The notes below the pieces were generated by a model. The model was not told the origin of the DNA, made no database searches, and saw only the letters and a list, made by a program, of their open reading frames with translations. From Hallella faecis (GTDB lineage: Bacteria > Pseudomonadota > Gammaproteobacteria > Burkholderiales > Burkholderiaceae_F), in NCBI GenBank assembly GCA_963652545.1, contig CAVJUB010000003.1, forward strand, positions 3,429 to 67,428: a DNA stretch of 64,000 nucleotides. The letters run 5' to 3'. Positions 19,476 to 28,835 of this stretch are shown piece by piece. The translations under genes and the position numbers were made by a program. Position 1 is the stretch's first letter. Every line of letters begins with the position of its first letter.

Positions 19476-19874
19476 TCAAAGCAGGTTGATGTTGTGCTGA
19501 ATGGTGGTGTTGAGATTGTTCACCCAGCGATTGTAGTTGCGGTGAATGTCGCCCTGACCTTTAACTACTTTGTACTTGAGGCCGAATGAGTCGACATAAT
19601 CGATCTTGTATTCTTTCGTTGAGAAGGTCACCTTGACGTCAGCTGCCCATTTTGGATTGCGGCTGTAGCGCAACAGGACGGAATTGCTCTCCTTTTTGAC
19701 AATCTGCCACTGGTGCTTGACGGCGGCGTTGACTACACACTTTTGAACTTGTTCCAACGTAACTTGAGATGAAATCGTCTGCGTCGGAATGACCAGCATG
19801 GGCGTGGCGGCGGCTGGAAGGGAAAGTCCGAGAACAGCGACAGCGCCGACGGTGGTCAGAACACGATTAAGCAT
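19476..19874 (-). CDS. Exported protein resembling the small lipoprotein found with APE clusters
   Basis: Signal peptide; C-terminal IHRNYNRWVNNL motif; co-oriented just downstream of the MMPL gene; GGGAG RBS. Confidence 0.65.
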   Translation of the reverse strand: MLNRVLTTVGAVAVLGLSLPAAATPMLVIPTQTISSQVTLEQVQKCVVNAAVKHQWQIVKKESNSVLLRYSRNPKWAADVKVTFSTKEYKIDYVDSFGLKYKVVKGQGDIHRNYNRWVNNLNTTIQHNINLL

Positions 19875-19897
19875 GAAAGACTCCCAAAATTGTTGTC

Positions 19898-22183
19898 TCA
19901 ACGGCCCGAGCAGTTCGGGCGGAACAACATAGTATAGAACCAGACAAAGGAAAGGCCGATCCAGAGTGAGAGGCCGAAGTGGCGCAGCGCCGGCGTAGAC
20001 GAAAACGCCAGTAGGCCGAAGGAGAGCAGCGTGCTCACGGCGGCCAGAAAGACCGAGACGTGGACGCTTGTTCCGGCGGGCTTGGCATAGAGCAGCACGG
20101 CATAGTCGGCGCCCAGTCCCAGCAGCAGAATCATTGGCAGCACGGTGAATAGCGACACCGGCACGCCAATCCATCCCAGAAGCCCCGCGGTGCAGAAAAG
20201 GCCCAGTGCGGTCGGAAGCACCATGCGAATGGCGCGACGACGGTAAATGGCGGCAAGGAAAGCTGCCATCAGACAGAACGCTCCGGCGAGCACCAGAAGA
20301 ATGTTGTTTCGCCAGTGGCTGAGGCTGGCGCGGATGCCGCCGGTGGTGTTGACGAAGGTGGTCTCGGGAACCTTTTCAGCCAGTTGGGCCAGCGGCACAA
20401 GAGAGGCTGGCGTGACGCCCGAGAGATAGATGACAGTTTCCGTATCTGAAAGCCAGAACGAGGTAAACAGTCGGCCGGCGTCGCTTTGAAGCCAGTCGTG
20501 AAGCGTGAGCGGTTTGTCTGAGATGGCGGAGGGCGCCGCCACTGGGGCGCCGAGCGTCTTTTCCGCGGCGGCGATCGCTTGGCTGGAGGCGTCTTGCGTG
20601 AGCTTTCGGTTGCCGGCTTGCTCAGCAGTGGAGAGAAGCGGTCCCTCGCCCGTGCGGAATCCAGTGATGACGCCGCGCTTGACGGCGTCCTTCAAAAGGG
20701 GCTTCAGCTGGGTGAGATGCTCCAGCACGTCGTCCGTGGAGTGTCCACGAACGACAAAGAACTGGCCGGGACTCGTCGGCGCCACTTTTTCAGACACGGC
20801 CTGCTGTTCAGCGAGCACGTCAGATGGAATGCTGTTAAGCAGCGCGAGTTCGTCGCCGGTGGCGAGACGAAGAAGGCCGGGAGCGGATGCCAGAATCAGT
20901 GCTGCTGCAACGAGGGCGGCCTTTTTTGTGGGGAGTCGCAGGATTCGGCACAGAACGCTGCCCCAGCGCTGCGTGAGCAGCGGCATGGGACGCGGATGCG
21001 TGACGGCGGGGCCGAACAGCATGACGAAGGCAAAGGCGGAGGCGAGCCCCGTCATGCAGAAAAGCGCCATTTGTCGAAGCGCAGGCATCGGCACGAAAAA
21101 CATGACGCAGTAGCCGGCAAGCGACGTGAGCAGTGAAACGAAAAGACCGCCGGCGAGCTCTTGCCGGGCCGCTTCACAGGTTGGCTGATGAAAAAGCTCC
21201 GTGAGGTAATGAAAGACGTAGTCCGCCGCGACGCCCAGCAGCGTGGCGCCGAATACGATGGTGAGGAGGTGAATCTCTCCGAAGGCTAGCCAGACGGCGG
21301 CGGTGGCGGTGAGAAAGCTCAGGCCGAGCGTAGCCGTCATCCAGACGGCGGGCGCCAGCGCTCGCAGAAAGACGAGCACCATGAGCGCAATGCCGATGGC
21401 GGACACAGTACCGATGATGGTTGCCTCCCGTTGTGCGGCGGAAGCCGCGGCTTCCGCCATGAGTTGAGGTCCGGCGGCGGCGAGTACCGCGTCCGGCGTG
21501 ATTTTTTGCGCGGTCGTTCGAGCGGCTCGGACGGCGTCCGTGAGCGGTGTGCCGGAGAGGCCGATGGCGCTTGTGGCGGAGACGTTCAAAACAACGGCAA
21601 AGGACTGCGGGTCGGAAGACTGGCCGACCGTGAGGTAGCGGCCTTGAACGGAGAACTTCGGGTCGGCAAAGAGCTCCTGAAAGCGAGCGGCAAAGAGTCC
21701 GAGCGGATCATCCTGCCAGGGCAGGAGAACGGAGGAGACGGGGCGATAGAGATTCTTCAGCGCGCGTTTGTCCACTGCGGCGTCCGACGCGTTTTGCAGA
21801 AAAGCTTTGTCGGCGTCGGTGAGAAACAGGGCGCGGTAGGGCGTTAAAAAGCGCAGGGTTTCCTTGAGCGCCGCGGCGTCGGCGCTGGTGACGGCGAGTC
21901 CGCTGGACTGAAAAGCGTGTTCCGCCGCTTCCGCGGCGGCGAGCGCTCCTTCCGAGGTGCTGGCGGAGATTGTGACGAAGAATCGGCCGGCGCTCTTGTC
22001 AGCGACGGCGGAGAAGATCTGGGAGGCGTCCGCCGTCTGTTCTTCCTGCGGAAGCAGCGAGCGCACGTCGGTTTTCACGCGTGACGCATCAAAAGTGAAG
22101 GCGGCGGCAAGCAGCAGGCAGAGAACTAGGACTGCCCACGCCCAAGCGGCCCGACGGTAGAAGCGGTCTGTGAGCGCTTTCAC
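19898..22183 (-). CDS. MMPL-family exporter (ApeM-like)
   Basis: Two TM bundles; DPLGLF, LLGVAADY, GLGADY, SFGLLAFSSTPALRHFG. Confidence 0.85.
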   Translation of the reverse strand: MKALTDRFYRRAAWAWAVLVLCLLLAAAFTFDASRVKTDVRSLLPQEEQTADASQIFSAVADKSAGRFFVTISASTSEGALAAAEAAEHAFQSSGLAVTSADAAALKETLRFLTPYRALFLTDADKAFLQNASDAAVDKRALKNLYRPVSSVLLPWQDDPLGLFAARFQELFADPKFSVQGRYLTVGQSSDPQSFAVVLNVSATSAIGLSGTPLTDAVRAARTTAQKITPDAVLAAAGPQLMAEAAASAAQREATIIGTVSAIGIALMVLVFLRALAPAVWMTATLGLSFLTATAAVWLAFGEIHLLTIVFGATLLGVAADYVFHYLTELFHQPTCEAARQELAGGLFVSLLTSLAGYCVMFFVPMPALRQMALFCMTGLASAFAFVMLFGPAVTHPRPMPLLTQRWGSVLCRILRLPTKKAALVAAALILASAPGLLRLATGDELALLNSIPSDVLAEQQAVSEKVAPTSPGQFFVVRGHSTDDVLEHLTQLKPLLKDAVKRGVITGFRTGEGPLLSTAEQAGNRKLTQDASSQAIAAAEKTLGAPVAAPSAISDKPLTLHDWLQSDAGRLFTSFWLSDTETVIYLSGVTPASLVPLAQLAEKVPETTFVNTTGGIRASLSHWRNNILLVLAGAFCLMAAFLAAIYRRRAIRMVLPTALGLFCTAGLLGWIGVPVSLFTVLPMILLLGLGADYAVLLYAKPAGTSVHVSVFLAAVSTLLSFGLLAFSSTPALRHFGLSLWIGLSFVWFYTMLFRPNCSGR

Positions 22184-22806
22184 TGCAGACTCTCCAGCCG
22201 ACGGGCGTCGTCGCCGGAGAGGACGGGCGACGAATTGATTTGCGAAAACTCAATGCGCGTGATCGTGCCGTCCGTTTGCACGATCTGCACCCGCTTCAGG
22301 TGCTGGTCGCCGACAAAGAGAATCTCGGTGAGAAACTGAGCGGGAGTTCCTCCTTTGGGCGAGGCGATGAGCTGCCAGTGGGAGGCAGTGCCCGAAGGCG
22401 AGAGGAAAAAGTGATCCGACAGCGCCTGGGGACCGGCGGCGATGAATTTTTGCGTCATCTCCAGAGCCCGGCCGGCGGCCTGGCTTTCTTCCACCATCCA
22501 GCGGCCGTTGTCATCCAGGCGTCCGCTTTTTGTTTTTGAAAACCCCAGAGCGTCTTCAAAAGGCGACGAGGTGAGCCAGAGGAGGCCTCTGTCTTTGGAG
22601 AGCACCAGTCGCCCTTCGCTTTTCAGGGGCACGGCAACGGCCGGCGTTCGTTTTTCCACGGTGAAGTTTGCGGTGAGCGCATCGGGCTGCTCGACGGTTG
22701 CCAGAATGGTTTCGACCGAAATCTCCGCCGCCTTGACGGAAAAAGCGGCAACGGCCGCTAAAAGCAGAGATCCCGTGCGAATGAACGTGAAAATTTTCAT
22801 GATCAC
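22180..22806 (-). CDS. LolA-like outer-membrane lipid carrier (ApeL-like)
   Basis: Signal peptide; PLKSEG...GLLW...PF pattern; position in the cluster. Confidence 0.75.
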   Translation of the reverse strand: MIMKIFTFIRTGSLLLAAVAAFSVKAAEISVETILATVEQPDALTANFTVEKRTPAVAVPLKSEGRLVLSKDRGLLWLTSSPFEDALGFSKTKSGRLDDNGRWMVEESQAAGRALEMTQKFIAAGPQALSDHFFLSPSGTASHWQLIASPKGGTPAQFLTEILFVGDQHLKRVQIVQTDGTITRIEFSQINSSPVLSGDDARRLESLQ

Positions 22807-23759
22807 ACCTTGACGCGGCCGGTGCCCTGATGCCAGAAGTCAAAGAAATTGAACCAGTCGAAGGGAGACGCCTTGAGCTCCTTTTCCAGCGTTTGGGCAA
22901 ACCGCTGCGTGAGCTGCGCGAAATGCTCGGCTCGCGCCCTGCGGGAGACGGGAGCAGGCTCCCACAGCTTTTCAAACGTCACGCGATAGCGGGCGCCGCT
23001 GTCTTTTTCCGTCTCACGGCGGCAGAGCATGGACCAGAGCGGACACTGCAACAGCGTGGCAAGAAGCGCAAAGCCGTTCGGAAACGGCGCTTCTTCCGTC
23101 ATGAAGCGGGCGCGCGAGACGGCGTCCGAGCCGATGGGCGTGCGATCGCCGACAATGACCAGGTAGTCGCCGGCGGTGATCTTTTCAGAAAGCGTCACGA
23201 GCGTCGCCGGCGTGAGGGACGAAACCTCGATGTGGCTCATCTCAATCGTCGGATTGAGCCGCGTGAGGATGCGCATGAAGCGGCGGCTCATCTGCGTGTG
23301 CGTGAGAATGTGCAGACGCCGCACGGCCTTGTTTTCGGCAATCACCTGGCAAAGTTCGAGGCACCCCATGTGAGCCGTCACGAGCACCGCGCCGCGCGGG
23401 TCGTCAAAGAGGGCCTCGCGGCCGACGACCTTGAGTGAAGACTCCTTGAAGCGGCCGCCGACGGCAAGCAGCTTGTCAAGAAGCGTGTCGGCAAAGCGAA
23501 AGAAGTGGCGAAACGTCGTGAAGACCGTGGGAGACGCGGAGAAGGCGCCGCAGGCGTGCGCGTGCTCGAGATAGAGCCGGCTCACGCGCCGCATGTTGGG
23601 CAGCATCGCCCAGTAGACGACGATGACGGGCCAGAGCGAAATCCAGAAAAGAAAGCGGCCGCCCAGGCGGTAGAGAAAGTAGAGGATGCGGATGCCGGTG
23701 ACGGTCGTCGTTTCCGAGATCGAAGACCAGTGGCGCGAAGGTTCGGAAGCGTTCGTCAT
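22803..23759 (-). CDS. LpxL-like acyltransferase (ApeJ C-terminal half)
   Basis: AHMGCLE, GDRTP, PFDWFNFFDFW. Confidence 0.85.
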   Translation of the reverse strand: MTNASEPSRHWSSISETTTVTGIRILYFLYRLGGRFLFWISLWPVIVVYWAMLPNMRRVSRLYLEHAHACGAFSASPTVFTTFRHFFRFADTLLDKLLAVGGRFKESSLKVVGREALFDDPRGAVLVTAHMGCLELCQVIAENKAVRRLHILTHTQMSRRFMRILTRLNPTIEMSHIEVSSLTPATLVTLSEKITAGDYLVIVGDRTPIGSDAVSRARFMTEEAPFPNGFALLATLLQCPLWSMLCRRETEKDSGARYRVTFEKLWEPAPVSRRARAEHFAQLTQRFAQTLEKELKASPFDWFNFFDFWHQGTGRVKV

Positions 23760-24505
23760 GCGGCGGCCTTTCTCAAGAGGAGTCGGGGCAGGCGCAGGAG
23801 CATGCCGAAGAAAAGCTGGGTGTGCATGAGGCTGATCTTGAGGTTGTCCTTCACCATGTCAAAGTGAGAGATGCCGTCCTGAGGATAGGTGACGTGCACG
23901 GGGCGGTTTTCAATTACGGTGCCCTGCCACAGAAGTCGCACCAGAATCTCCACGTCAAAGTCCATGCGCTTGCCCACGTGCTCGCGCTTTAAAAGCGGCA
24001 GCACGGCGGCGAGCGGATAAACGCGAAAGCCGCAGAGCGCGTCCTTGACGGCGGTGGAGAGCGAATTGACGTGCACCCACCAGTTGGAAATCTTGCGACC
24101 GTTCAAGCGCGCCGCCGGCACGGAGTCGTCGTAGACGGGGCAGCCGCAGATCATGGCGTCTGGTCGGCAACGGCCCGCTTCGAGAAAAGCATCGACGGCG
24201 CCCAGATCATGCTGGCCGTCGGCGTCAATCTGCAGGACGTGCGTGAAGCCCAGGTTGGCCGCCGCTTCAAACCCTGTGACGACCGCCGCGCCCTTGCCGC
24301 CGTTGACGGCATGCCGCACGCGAAAGACGCCCGGCGTTGCGTCCGCCACTCGCGCCACTTCTCTGGCGCAGGACTCGTGCGAGCCGTCGTCCACAAGAAT
24401 CACCGGCAGGTTCTTGGCGCGCAGCGCCGCCGTGATGTCGGCAAGACACGACTCATGGTCGTAGACCGGCACGAGAACGACCGGACGGAAAGCCGCTTCA
24501 CTCAC
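23756..24505 (-). CDS. Family 2 glycosyltransferase (ApeJ N-terminal half)
   Basis: VDDGS, NGGKG, QIDADGQH, CGFRVYP. Confidence 0.9.
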   Translation of the reverse strand: MSEAAFRPVVLVPVYDHESCLADITAALRAKNLPVILVDDGSHESCAREVARVADATPGVFRVRHAVNGGKGAAVVTGFEAAANLGFTHVLQIDADGQHDLGAVDAFLEAGRCRPDAMICGCPVYDDSVPAARLNGRKISNWWVHVNSLSTAVKDALCGFRVYPLAAVLPLLKREHVGKRMDFDVEILVRLLWQGTVIENRPVHVTYPQDGISHFDMVKDNLKISLMHTQLFFGMLLRLPRLLLRKAAA

Positions 24506-26244
24506 GAAGGAACCTCGTCAGAAAAAAGGAGCTTGCCCTTGGCGTGCGTGTCGCCGGAGGATGTGAGCACGAAGGAAGCGTTTTTTTTGTCGTCCGACAA
24601 GGTGAGCGTGAACTCTACGGTCGCGCCCGGACGAACGGGCTTCATGAATTTGAGGTTCGAAAGTCCGGCAAAGTGTCGGGGAAGCGCAAAGGCGGTTCGG
24701 GCGAGCTCCACGGCCCACTGGATTTGGGTGAGTCCGGGAAGAATGGCAAAGCCGGGGAAATGACCTTCAAAGAAGGGAAGATCCGCCGGGACGGAAACCA
24801 CGAAAGTCGCCGTGCTGTTGGTCTTTTCCGCGCAAACCGCTTGCTGGGCTTCCGGCGCAAAAAGCGCGGACAGCGCCGTCGAGGTGGTCTTTCCCATGGA
24901 GTTTTCGGGAAGCGCTGTCACGAAGCGCCAGCGCCGCGGCAGGCAGACGCGTTCAAAGGACTTGGCGAGCTCGTTTTTGAGCGCCTGAACCAGGGCGAAT
25001 TTTCCCTTGGCGCGCAAAAGCGCGATGCCGTCAGGAGACAGCGCCGCCACGACCGCGAGCGATCGGCGCCCGTCGGAAAGCTGCAGCGCTTTGGCGGCGG
25101 TGACGAGCGCGGTGTCTGCGAGCGTTGTTTCCACGGCCGTGAGCGACACGCGCTTTTCATTGATCTTGACGATGCGATCGGCGCGTCCCAGATGCAGGAA
25201 CGTCTGGCCGTCCGGACAAATTTCGATCCGATCGCTCGTGACTTCCCAGTCGCTGGAATAGAGCTGCCGGCCGCGCAGGGCGAGCAGCCCGTCAACGGAC
25301 TTCCATTCCACCGAGGGGAGCGGCCGCCACGGCGTGGCGGCAATCGTTCCGTCGGCTTCGAGCCGGCGGCTTCGGGTGGCGATGCCGCCCGACTCCGAGC
25401 TGCCGAGAAGCTCGGTGGGGGAGAGGCCTGTGAGGGTGAGCGTGCGTTTCAAGGCATCGTCTGAGAGCGGGCCGCCCGAGGAAAAGATCACCTGCCAGCG
25501 GTCGCGCACCGTCTCCCAGTCGGGACTCTCCGGCAGGCGCTTCAAAAGCGCCGGGCTCGCCACCCAGGCGCAGTGCGGACGCAATTCGGCCGCTTCAAAG
25601 AGCTCCTGCGGCTGCGAAATGCGGCGGGGCCAGATGGAGAGGCCGGCCGCGACCGGCCAGAGAAGAAAATAGAGCAGGCCGTAGATGTGCTGCTGGCTCA
25701 CGGTGGAGAGAACGAGTGCGTCTGCCGCGGCGCGGCCGCCGGCTTCAGGGCGCTCGCGGATGCTGTCCACTTCGGCAAACATCTGCTCAAGCCGCTTGAT
25801 GACGCGGGTCGGCACCCCCGTGGAGCCCGACGTGAAGAGCTCGAGGAGCTCCTTTTTTTCATCAATCGCCGAAGTGTTGGGCACGTCGGTCGGGACGGGG
25901 GTGACGCGAGGAAGCTTCATGTCGGCGGGGAAATTTCCCGCGCAGGCGTCCGCAATGCCGTCAGCGAGCCGCTCGCAGGTGCTCTGCGCCGTGTCGGCGG
26001 GGAGCACTGCCGTGACGTTCGCCGTCCAGGCGCCGAAAAGCGCCGCGGCAGAGTCAAAAAGGTCGGTGAAGTAAAGCGCGGCGCGCTTCACGCCGGCGGC
26101 TTCAAAAGCCATCTTCCAGCCGTTGGCGGCTCGGGTGAATTCGCCCCAGGTGCGCGTTGTGCGGCCGTCGGTGACGAGCGGAAAATCGTCGGCGCCGCGG
26201 CGGGAGAAGATCTGAGTGAGGTAGATGTAGTGAATGTCGGTCAT
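24502..26244 (-). CDS. Adenylation enzyme fused to a hotdog dehydratase (ApeH-ApeI-like)
   Basis: FTSGSTG, GSSESGG, GRADRIVK, LPENSMGK; C-terminal FFEGHFPGFAILPG. Confidence 0.85.
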   Translation of the reverse strand: MTDIHYIYLTQIFSRRGADDFPLVTDGRTTRTWGEFTRAANGWKMAFEAAGVKRAALYFTDLFDSAAALFGAWTANVTAVLPADTAQSTCERLADGIADACAGNFPADMKLPRVTPVPTDVPNTSAIDEKKELLELFTSGSTGVPTRVIKRLEQMFAEVDSIRERPEAGGRAAADALVLSTVSQQHIYGLLYFLLWPVAAGLSIWPRRISQPQELFEAAELRPHCAWVASPALLKRLPESPDWETVRDRWQVIFSSGGPLSDDALKRTLTLTGLSPTELLGSSESGGIATRSRRLEADGTIAATPWRPLPSVEWKSVDGLLALRGRQLYSSDWEVTSDRIEICPDGQTFLHLGRADRIVKINEKRVSLTAVETTLADTALVTAAKALQLSDGRRSLAVVAALSPDGIALLRAKGKFALVQALKNELAKSFERVCLPRRWRFVTALPENSMGKTTSTALSALFAPEAQQAVCAEKTNSTATFVVSVPADLPFFEGHFPGFAILPGLTQIQWAVELARTAFALPRHFAGLSNLKFMKPVRPGATVEFTLTLSDDKKNASFVLTSSGDTHAKGKLLFSDEVPS

Positions 26245-26246
26245 TT

Positions 26247-26786
26247 TTAATTCGACTTCCTCACAAGCCGTCGGACGAGCCATTCGCCGGCAAACATGAG
26301 CCCGATGAGAACATAGGCGATGAGGCCGTTGTAGAGCGCCCACCAGGCGTCCGTCCGGTTGAGGGCGCTGTCCAGAGCCATGCCGCCGTTGATGATGAAA
26401 AAAAGGCACCAGGCCATCGTCACCTTGCGGCAGTAACGGCACCCTTCTTCCGGAAGATTCGGCTCGCGAAGCTTCGCGAGCTTCTCCACCACGCTTTCTC
26501 CGGTGAGAGAAAAAGCAAAGAAGGCGAGCCACGCCGCATTGACGGCGACGGGATAAAACTTGACGGGAAGCGCCGCCTCCGTGGCGGCGGAAAGGACGGC
26601 GAGTCCCGCGGCGACGGCGGCGCAAAGCCAGCTCACGCGGTTTTTGGAGGTGACCGCCTGCAAAAGGGCGGCTGCCGCGAGAAGCGCCGCCGCCCAGACT
26701 ACGGCGCCGCGACTCACGCTCCAGTAGACCGCAAAGGGGTAGAGCGCCAGCAGCAGGCCGAAGAGGATGCGTCCGAGACGAATCAC
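26247..26786 (-). CDS. APE-cluster membrane protein (ApeG-like)
   Basis: Multi-TM; YCRKVT.AW, WALYNGLIAY, FAGEWLVR. Confidence 0.8.
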   Translation of the reverse strand: MIRLGRILFGLLLALYPFAVYWSVSRGAVVWAAALLAAAALLQAVTSKNRVSWLCAAVAAGLAVLSAATEAALPVKFYPVAVNAAWLAFFAFSLTGESVVEKLAKLREPNLPEEGCRYCRKVTMAWCLFFIINGGMALDSALNRTDAWWALYNGLIAYVLIGLMFAGEWLVRRLVRKSN

Positions 26787-26788
26787 GG

Positions 26789-27052
26789 TCAGGCCGCCTC
26801 GTCTCCGTTGATGATGCTGGTGAGGGTCTTGGTGAGATCGCCGATGGTGCGCACGGACTTGAAGGCCGCCGGGGTGATCTTCTTTGAGCCGATGAAGGGC
26901 TGCAGTTTCACGATGAGATCGACGGCGTCGATCGAGTCGATGTCGAGGTCGTCGTAGATCTTCGCTTCAGGAACGATTTTCTCGGCGTCGATTTCAAAGG
27001 TTTCGATGAGAACTTTCTTGAGTTCGTCAAAAATCTGCTGTTCGGTTACCAT
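26789..27052 (-). CDS. Acyl carrier protein (ApeF-like)
   Basis: DLDIDSIDAVDL phosphopantetheine site. Confidence 0.92.
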   Translation of the reverse strand: MVTEQQIFDELKKVLIETFEIDAEKIVPEAKIYDDLDIDSIDAVDLIVKLQPFIGSKKITPAAFKSVRTIGDLTKTLTSIINGDEAA

Positions 27053-27076
27053 GGTTCAGTCGTTTTGTTGAGTCGA

Positions 27077-27340
27077 TCAGGCGCGGTTGGCTTCGACGAA
27101 GGCGGCCAGAGCGGCGACGCTCGCGAAGTGCTTCTTGTTGTCTTCGCTTTCGGCGGTGATGGTGATGCCGTACTTCTTCTTGAGCGCCAGGCCGAGCTCC
27201 AGCGCGTCGATGGAGTCAAGTCCCAGCCCTTCGTTAAAGAGCGGCGCATCGGTTTCGATGTCCGCGGGCGTGACGTCTTCAAGATTGAGCGCTTCGATGA
27301 TGAGCGCCTTCAGTTCTTCGATGAGTGCTTCGTTGCTCAT
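27077..27340 (-). CDS. Acyl carrier protein (ApeE-like)
   Basis: GLGLDSIDALEL phosphopantetheine site. Confidence 0.92.
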   Translation of the reverse strand: MSNEALIEELKALIIEALNLEDVTPADIETDAPLFNEGLGLDSIDALELGLALKKKYGITITAESEDNKKHFASVAALAAFVEANRA

Positions 27341-28119
27341 GAATTTCTCTCGTGGGAGTAGTGAGGAAACAGTCGATCCGCCAGCGTCTCGGTGAGGCGC
27401 CGCACGGCTTTGGGGCGTCCTTCTTCGGCTTCAAGCGCGAGGAAGGGCTCAATGTCGATGGAGTCCAGTACAGTAACAGAAATCAGCATGCGCCGCGCCG
27501 GTATGGTGTACCAGTGAATGCCCTTCATGAGGGCGGGCGGCTCGCAGGTGATGCGCACCGGCGTGATGGCGCTGCGGGCGGCCAGAGCCGCGGCGGCGGC
27601 GCCGTGCTTCAAGTGAGGCGCCTGGCCCGGCGTGGTTCGCGTGCCTTCCGGAAAAATGATGAGGGAGTCGCTGCTCGCGAGGGACTTCGCGCAGGCGCTG
27701 ATGAGCTCAGGGCCGCTGTCGTTGGCGATGTAGCCCGAGGTGGTGATGGGAGACTTCAGGGCGGCGGATGCGAGAAGCTTCGCTTTCACGATGCAGTTGG
27801 CGTTCGGAATCATCGACATCAGGATGACGACGTCAATCAGCGTCGGGTGCGACGGACAGATGAGAAGCCCCGGTTCGGCCAGTTTCTCCCGGTTGTTGAC
27901 GACAAGCTTCATGGGGCCGAGAAGCTCCATGATCCACAGAAAGAAAGCAAAGCTCGCCTGCACGATGCGACGCGCGGTGAGCTCCTTCGTTCTCGGGTTG
28001 CGGCAGACGAGCGTCAGAAGCGGGCAGGCGACAAAGCGAAAGAGCAGCCCCATGACGGTGAAAAGCAGGAAGCCGAACCCGGTGGCGATGACGCGCCAGC
28101 CGTAGTCGATTTTCTGCAT
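27337..28119 (-). CDS. Lysophospholipid acyltransferase (ApeD-like)
   Basis: HPTLID (HX4D) and FPEGTRT; ATG overlaps the upstream stop. Confidence 0.88.
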   Translation of the reverse strand: MQKIDYGWRVIATGFGFLLFTVMGLLFRFVACPLLTLVCRNPRTKELTARRIVQASFAFFLWIMELLGPMKLVVNNREKLAEPGLLICPSHPTLIDVVILMSMIPNANCIVKAKLLASAALKSPITTSGYIANDSGPELISACAKSLASSDSLIIFPEGTRTTPGQAPHLKHGAAAAALAARSAITPVRITCEPPALMKGIHWYTIPARRMLISVTVLDSIDIEPFLALEAEEGRPKAVRRLTETLADRLFPHYSHERNS

Positions 28120-28835
28120 CACTTCTCCCATATCCAGCTCCTGCCGTCGCAAGCGTGAAGCCAGCAGCGGGAATCGTCCAGCAAAAAGGCGAGGTCTTCG
28201 GGCGCCTGAAGCATGGGAAGCGAAGCAAGCTCCGGGGAGGCGTTGGGCGTGAGGGAGAAGCGGCCCGCGCCTTCGATTTGAGTGAGACGCATCGCCCACA
28301 CATAGGGGTAGGCCGGCGCCTCTACGTCATGGGGATGGTGCGTCCAGAGGTCGGGCAGCGGCGCTTCGGCGCGCACCAGCACGACGCTTTCGTGCTCTTC
28401 CAGAAGCAGGCGGCACTCAGTGAGCCCCGCTTCAGTGGTGAAGTTGCCGGCGCTCACCGCGGGGCAAGCGGCATGGTTCTTGAGCCAGATGCCGGCGGCG
28501 CCCGAGGTGGCGTTGTGCACGCTTGACGTGAAGCCCGCGGGGCTGACGTCCCCGGATTCCGTCATTTCCTGCACGAGCTGCATGCTGCGAACGGAATCGC
28601 CCCAGCTCGAGGCGACGACAAAGGGCTCTTCATCTTTCACCTGGACGGCGTGCAGAGCGCTGACGACAAGCTTTCCGAGGGGCGTGAGCCGGCGGCGCAG
28701 CATGACGGGCGCCGGGCACGCCGGAAGCTCGCCTTCGGGCGAAAGCGCCGCGTCTTCGGCAATCGCGCGGCGGACGGCGTCGGTGCCGACAAAGCCCGGC
28801 AGCGCCGCATAGAGATCTTGGTAATGAAACTGCAT
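28119..28835 (-). CDS. Short ketosynthase chain-length factor (ApeC-like)
   Basis: MLRRRL and VSPAGFTSSVHNA motifs; about 240 aa. Confidence 0.8.
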   Translation of the reverse strand: MQFHYQDLYAALPGFVGTDAVRRAIAEDAALSPEGELPACPAPVMLRRRLTPLGKLVVSALHAVQVKDEEPFVVASSWGDSVRSMQLVQEMTESGDVSPAGFTSSVHNATSGAAGIWLKNHAACPAVSAGNFTTEAGLTECRLLLEEHESVVLVRAEAPLPDLWTHHPHDVEAPAYPYVWAMRLTQIEGAGRFSLTPNASPELASLPMLQAPEDLAFLLDDSRCWLHACDGRSWIWEK

